From an uncultured delta proteobacterium (GTDB lineage Bacteria; Desulfobacterota; Binatia; Binatales; Binataceae), in contig CAWJET010000002.1 of assembly GCA_963842085.1 (NCBI GenBank), positions 1,536,001-1,600,000 of the forward strand: DNA of 64,000 bases, written 5' to 3'. This document shows, in pieces, positions 59,540 through 64,000 of this stretch. The notes below the pieces were generated by a model. That model had not been told where the DNA came from. It ran no database searches and worked only from the letters and a program-made list of their open reading frames with translations. Made by a program: the position numbers and the translations under genes. Position 1 is the first letter of the stretch. Every line of letters begins with the position of its first letter.

Positions 59540-60448
59540 GTGCCGTTAACCGGCAAAGATCATAACTCCTTAACTAGCGAGATATCGGTGGAGGATTCCA
59601 AGGTCACGTTCCCAGATGGTGGCGATGCCGAAACGTCGCGGCCGATTTTCATCGGCCGGTTCGCTTTTGTACTCACCTTCCTGGCGCTGTACCTGGGTGT
59701 GATAACGTCGATCGCGGTAGCGGGGGCTGCGTCAGAGCGCACAACGTCGGCGACGATTCTCGTCTATCATCGGTTCGGGCCGGTGGTTGCCGACAGCATG
59801 ACGGTCACGACTGCGGTCTTCGCATCGCAGCTCCAGTATCTTCACGACAACGGCTACACTGTCGTCCCTCTGCACGATGTCGTGAATTTTGCCACAGGTC
59901 ACGGCGAGTTGCCGCCTCGCGCCGTCGCAATCACCGCCGACGACGGCCATCGCACAGTGTTCAGCGATATGAGGCCGTTGATCGAGCGCTATCGAATACC
60001 AGTGACACTATTCATCTATCCTTCCGCGATTTCGAACGCGTCGTATGCGATGACCTGGGAACAACTGGCGGAACTGAAGGCCACTGGATTCTTTTCAGTG
60101 GAATCCCACACGTATTGGCATCCGAATTTTCACATCGAGAAGCGCCGACTATCGGCCAAGGAATACACGAAGTTCGTGGACAGCCAGCTTGGAAAATCAC
60201 GCGAGATCTTGGAGCGGCGGCTCGGCGGCCATGTGACGATGTTGAGCTGGCCCTTCGGGATCTTCGATGATGAGCTAATCGCCGCCGCCAGAAAGTCCGG
60301 TTACGGAGCCGCATTTAGCATCGACCGACGCAAAGTCGTGCGCGGCGACAATGTTATGGCGCTTCCCCGCTTCATCGTTACCAATGGCGACATCGGACAA
60401 AGATTCGAAAGTTTGCTGCCCACTCAAACGCCAACAGCCAGTAGGTGA
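59540..60448 (+). CDS. polysaccharide deacetylase
   Basis: LVYHRF, ITADDG, SHTYWH, WPFG; start uncertain. Confidence 0.88.
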   Translation: MPLTGKDHNSLTSEISVEDSKVTFPDGGDAETSRPIFIGRFAFVLTFLALYLGVITSIAVAGAASERTTSATILVYHRFGPVVADSMTVTTAVFASQLQYLHDNGYTVVPLHDVVNFATGHGELPPRAVAITADDGHRTVFSDMRPLIERYRIPVTLFIYPSAISNASYAMTWEQLAELKATGFFSVESHTYWHPNFHIEKRRLSAKEYTKFVDSQLGKSREILERRLGGHVTMLSWPFGIFDDELIAAARKSGYGAAFSIDRRKVVRGDNVMALPRFIVTNGDIGQRFESLLPTQTPTASR

Positions 60449-60451
60449 GCA

Positions 60452-61755
60452 TTGCGGTCGATATCGATCATTTTCACGTTGTTTTTGTTTATCTTCACGT
60501 CGTTGTTCAGGCCTCCGTCGGCATTGGCTTACACGGGGACTGTCATCGATAGCTCGACCAGGCTGCCGGTGGAGAATGCGATCGTGACTCTTAAGGACGT
60601 CGAGGTGCGAACCGATCACAATGGCAAATTCCAGATCACTGGCAATGGCGACATCCTCGGCTTTAGGGCTTACGGCTACAAACGTGAATCGATTCCGGTC
60701 GGTGAGTTGCAGGATCATTCGGAACCCATTGCGCTTACTCCCATGACCCCGAAGGCGCTATATCTTTCATTCTACGGCATCGGCAGCGCGAAGTTGCGCG
60801 AGGCGGCGTTCGGTCTCATCGACAAGACCGAACTAAATGCCGTTGTGATCGACGTCAAAGGCGATCGCGGGATGATCGCCTTCAAAACGTCGCTTCCGCT
60901 CGCCGAGCAGGCTCATTCGAACGAACTGACGACGATGCGCGATGCGAAGGCGATGATCGAACGGCTCCATCACGACAACATTTACGCGATCGCACGAATT
61001 GTCGTCTTCAAGGATGATCCGCTTGCGACCGCGCGACCGGACTTGGCGGTCAAGCGCGCCACCGGCGCGATCTTCAGGGACCGCGAACACCTTGCGTGGA
61101 CCGATCCCTTCAACACCGAGGTCTGGGACTACAATATCGCAATCGCGCTCGAGGCGGCGCGTCTCGGCTTTGACGAAATCCAGTTTGACTACGTACGCTT
61201 TCCCGACGCGCCAGGGCTTAAGTTCTCGGAGCCAACCGACATGAAGAGTCGCCTTGCAGCGATCTCGGGTTTCTGGCCGAGGCGCGGCGGCGCCTCACTC
61301 CCTACAACGTATTTGTTGCCGCGGACATCTTTGGCTACGTGACGTGGAACCTCGATGACACCCATATCGGGCAGCGGCTCGAGGAACTCGCGCCCATCGT
61401 CGACTACATCTCGCCGATGCTGTATCCGTCGTGTTTCCAGTTTGGCATCCCCGGCTATCGCAATCCTGTTGCGCATCCTTATGAGATCGTATTTCTTTCG
61501 CTGCAGAACGCGCGCGAGCGCGGAATCCCTTCGAACCGGTTTCGCCCATGGTTGCAGGCTTTTCGCGACTATGCCTTCGACCATAGAGAGTTCACCGGCG
61601 TACAGATCAGGCAGCAGATTTCGGCCGCCGAAAAATTCGGCTCCGACGGCTGGATGCTGTGGAATCCGCGCAACCAGTACACCGCCGACGGCCTCAAAGT
61701 CGAGAATGCGCCATGCAAGGATGACGCTCCGGAAGTGATACAATGGCCGCAATGA
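60452..61755 (+). pseudogene. DUF4015-like putative glycoside hydrolase with a CarboxypepD_reg-like N-terminus, frameshift near 61275
   Basis: VIDVKGD, GFDEIQFDYVRFP | ADIFGY, SPMLYPS, RPWLQAF, WMLWNPRN. Confidence 0.8.
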
Positions 61756-63715
61756 GAACCCCGACGGCGTCTTTCCCGCACCGTCTCATCGCGGCACTTG
61801 CGTTTCAGTTGTTTGCCGCGATTCTTGCAACATCGGCAACCGCAGACGGCGCCTTGTCCGCGCGCTTGCGCGAAGCGGACCTGCAGCAAATCGACACCAT
61901 CGTCCAGTCTGAGATCGATTCAGGGAGAACCCACGGCGCCGTCGTCGAGATAGGGCAGGGCAACCAGGTCCTTTATCGTCGCGCCTTCGGAAATCGCGAG
62001 CTCGAGCCCCGCCCAGTCGCAATGACACCCGATACGATTTTCGATCTCGCCTCGCTCACCAAACCCGTCGCTACCGCGGTTGCGATAATGCAGCTAACCG
62101 AGCGTGGCAGGATCGACCTCGACATGCCGGTTGCGACCTACTGGCCCGCATTCGCGCGCAATGGCAAGGAAGGCGTTACGATTCGCCAGTTGATGACGCA
62201 CTATTCCGGCCTCGCGGCAGACCTGGACCTGAGCCGCAAATGGACCGGCTACGCGACAGCGATGAAGATGATCGAGGATGCGAGGCCGATTCATCCTCCG
62301 GGAACGCACTACGAGTACAGCGACATCAATTTCGAGGCGCTCGGCGAGGTAGTTAGGCGCGTGGCTAAGCTTCCGCTGGACGAGTATTGCCGCATCAACA
62401 TCTTCAAGCCGCTCGGAATGGCTGATACCGGTTTTAATCCGCCTGCAAGAGAGCTCAATCGCATTGCACCGACTGAATTCATCGACGGCAAATTGCGCGT
62501 CGGAACAGTTAACGATCCGACTGCGGCGCGAATGGGCGGCGTTGCGGGTCACGCTGGACTGTTCTCTACAGCCGACGACCTGGCGATCTTCGCGCGGATG
62601 CTGGTTGACGGCCGGCGCGCTGGCGCGGTCACGATTCTTTCTCCGCTTTCGATCGACGAAATGACGATTCCTCAATCGCCGGTCGACGCGCCTGATGCAA
62701 GCCACTTGCGCGGGCTCGGATGGGATCTCGGCGCGCCGCTGTGTGCGAATCGCGAGCAGCTTCTGCCGGTCGGCTCATACGGTCATTTTGGATTCACCGG
62801 AACCATGCTGTGGATCGACCCCGTTTCTTCCACCTATGCGATCGTCTTGACCAACCGCACGTATCCAAACGGCGCGGGTGATGCGGGTCCGTTGCGGCGG
62901 GAACTGCTCACGTTGATTTCAGATCGACTCGGCGACCTGTCCGAGGATAGCATCGTCGAACGTCGGCCTTCGCTGAACTCCTTCTGCACGTTGGCCCAGC
63001 GCACTCCCACTCACACAACGGTTATGAGTGGCGCCGACGTTTTGGCGGGTGACGAATTCGCTCAACTCAAAGGGGCGCGCGTCGGATTAATCACCAACCA
63101 GACCGGCGTCATTCAGGCCGGTACTGGTGATATCGAAGCACTCTCACACTCGCGTGGCGTGACGCTGCGCGCGATCTTCAGTCCCGAGCATGGCCTGCAA
63201 GGCGATATCGATGAGGGCATCGCGTCTGGCATCGCGCCCGTGACGGGTCCGCACCTCTTCAGCTTGTATGGTGAGACGCTGCGTCCGAGTTCGGAAATGC
63301 TCGACGGCGTCGATGCGATGGTGTTTGACGTTCAGGACTCGGGCGCGCGCTTCTACACTTATGTCACGACCATGGCCTACGCGATGGAAGAAGCGGCGCA
63401 CCACGGCATCGACTTCTATGTGCTCGATCGCCCGAATCCGATTTCGAGCGCAGTCGTGCAAGGCCCGATCATGGATGCCGACTTGAAATCGTTTACCGGG
63501 TATTTTCCGCTGCCGACGCGTCACGGCATGACGGTCGGCGAGCTTGCCGAAATGTTTAATGGTGAAAACCACATGACGCGACCCTCTCGATGGTTGGTTC
63601 ACGCCAGACGCTCGAGCAAATCAAATCAGGCGTGGATCCGAAAGAGATCGTCGCGGGTTGGCAGGCGGACCTGGAGAATTTCCGCATTCTGCGAGCGCGC
63701 TATCTGATGTACTAG
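61743..63715 (+). pseudogene. serine hydrolase (beta-lactamase fold)-NamZ/DUF1343 fusion with an internal deletion
   Basis: SLTK, YSD, GHFGFTG; FSPEHG, DVQDSGARFYTY, DRPNP, RHGMTVGE; after ~63572 it jumps to the out-of-frame terminal IVAGWQADLENFRILRARYLMY*. Confidence 0.8.
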
Positions 63716-64000
63716 TCTTTGCTTTTCTCCTCTCCCTGCGAGCGTTAGCAAGTAAGGATGACCCCATGCTCGTGACGATTGCTGACGTTCGGCCAAGCTG
63801 AGCTTGCTAGACTCGAAGGCAATGTCGCCCGGCACCAGTACCTCCGCCGCAGACGCACTGCCTTCGCGTCGCGCACGACGCTAACTTCATGGGGCAGCAG
63901 TTTTCGCAGTGCGCCAGAGTCTGCTCGGCTCAGTGCCCTTGCCATAAGGAAAACACGCCGCTGCCTGTAATCACGGTGGGATTGCCTAGCCAATACCAGC

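Overview
GC-rich bacterial chromosomal window from a Gram-negative organism (it has NodT/TolC-type outer-membrane factors). Gene style and repeated cyclase/TPR remnants tentatively suggest Candidatus Binatia (inference only). 1-25 kb: mixed metabolic genes (MenB/BadI-like crotonase, NhaP, UppP, lipoprotein hydrolase + DUF4105, LssY-C, Ddn, a PhaC + WS/DGAT storage operon, D-aminoacylase, CocE) interleaved with gene remnants and a ~220-bp non-coding element resembling an IS110 left end (bridge-RNA region) with no recombinase. 25-36 kb: a decayed rearrangement zone (IS21 end, tRNA-like att repeat, truncated sulfatase fused head-to-head to a truncated RbbA, ppk2 split by an IS5, an integrase-core element, an IS3). 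36.6-63.7 kb: a candidate hypoxia/dormancy island. It combines homologues of the M. tuberculosis DosR-regulated Rv0570-Rv0574c block (class II RNR, hydrolase-PRTase fusion, PncB, CapA) with Burkholderia lxa-type genes (BCAM0308, BON, USP, cytochromes c, HPF-CSD, hemerythrin). At least six correctly spaced sigma-54 (-24/-12) motifs precede its transcription units. Two 119-bp IS5-type MITEs have hit this island. No rRNA, intact tRNA or CRISPR array was seen. Family assignments come from motif recognition only; no database searches were run.
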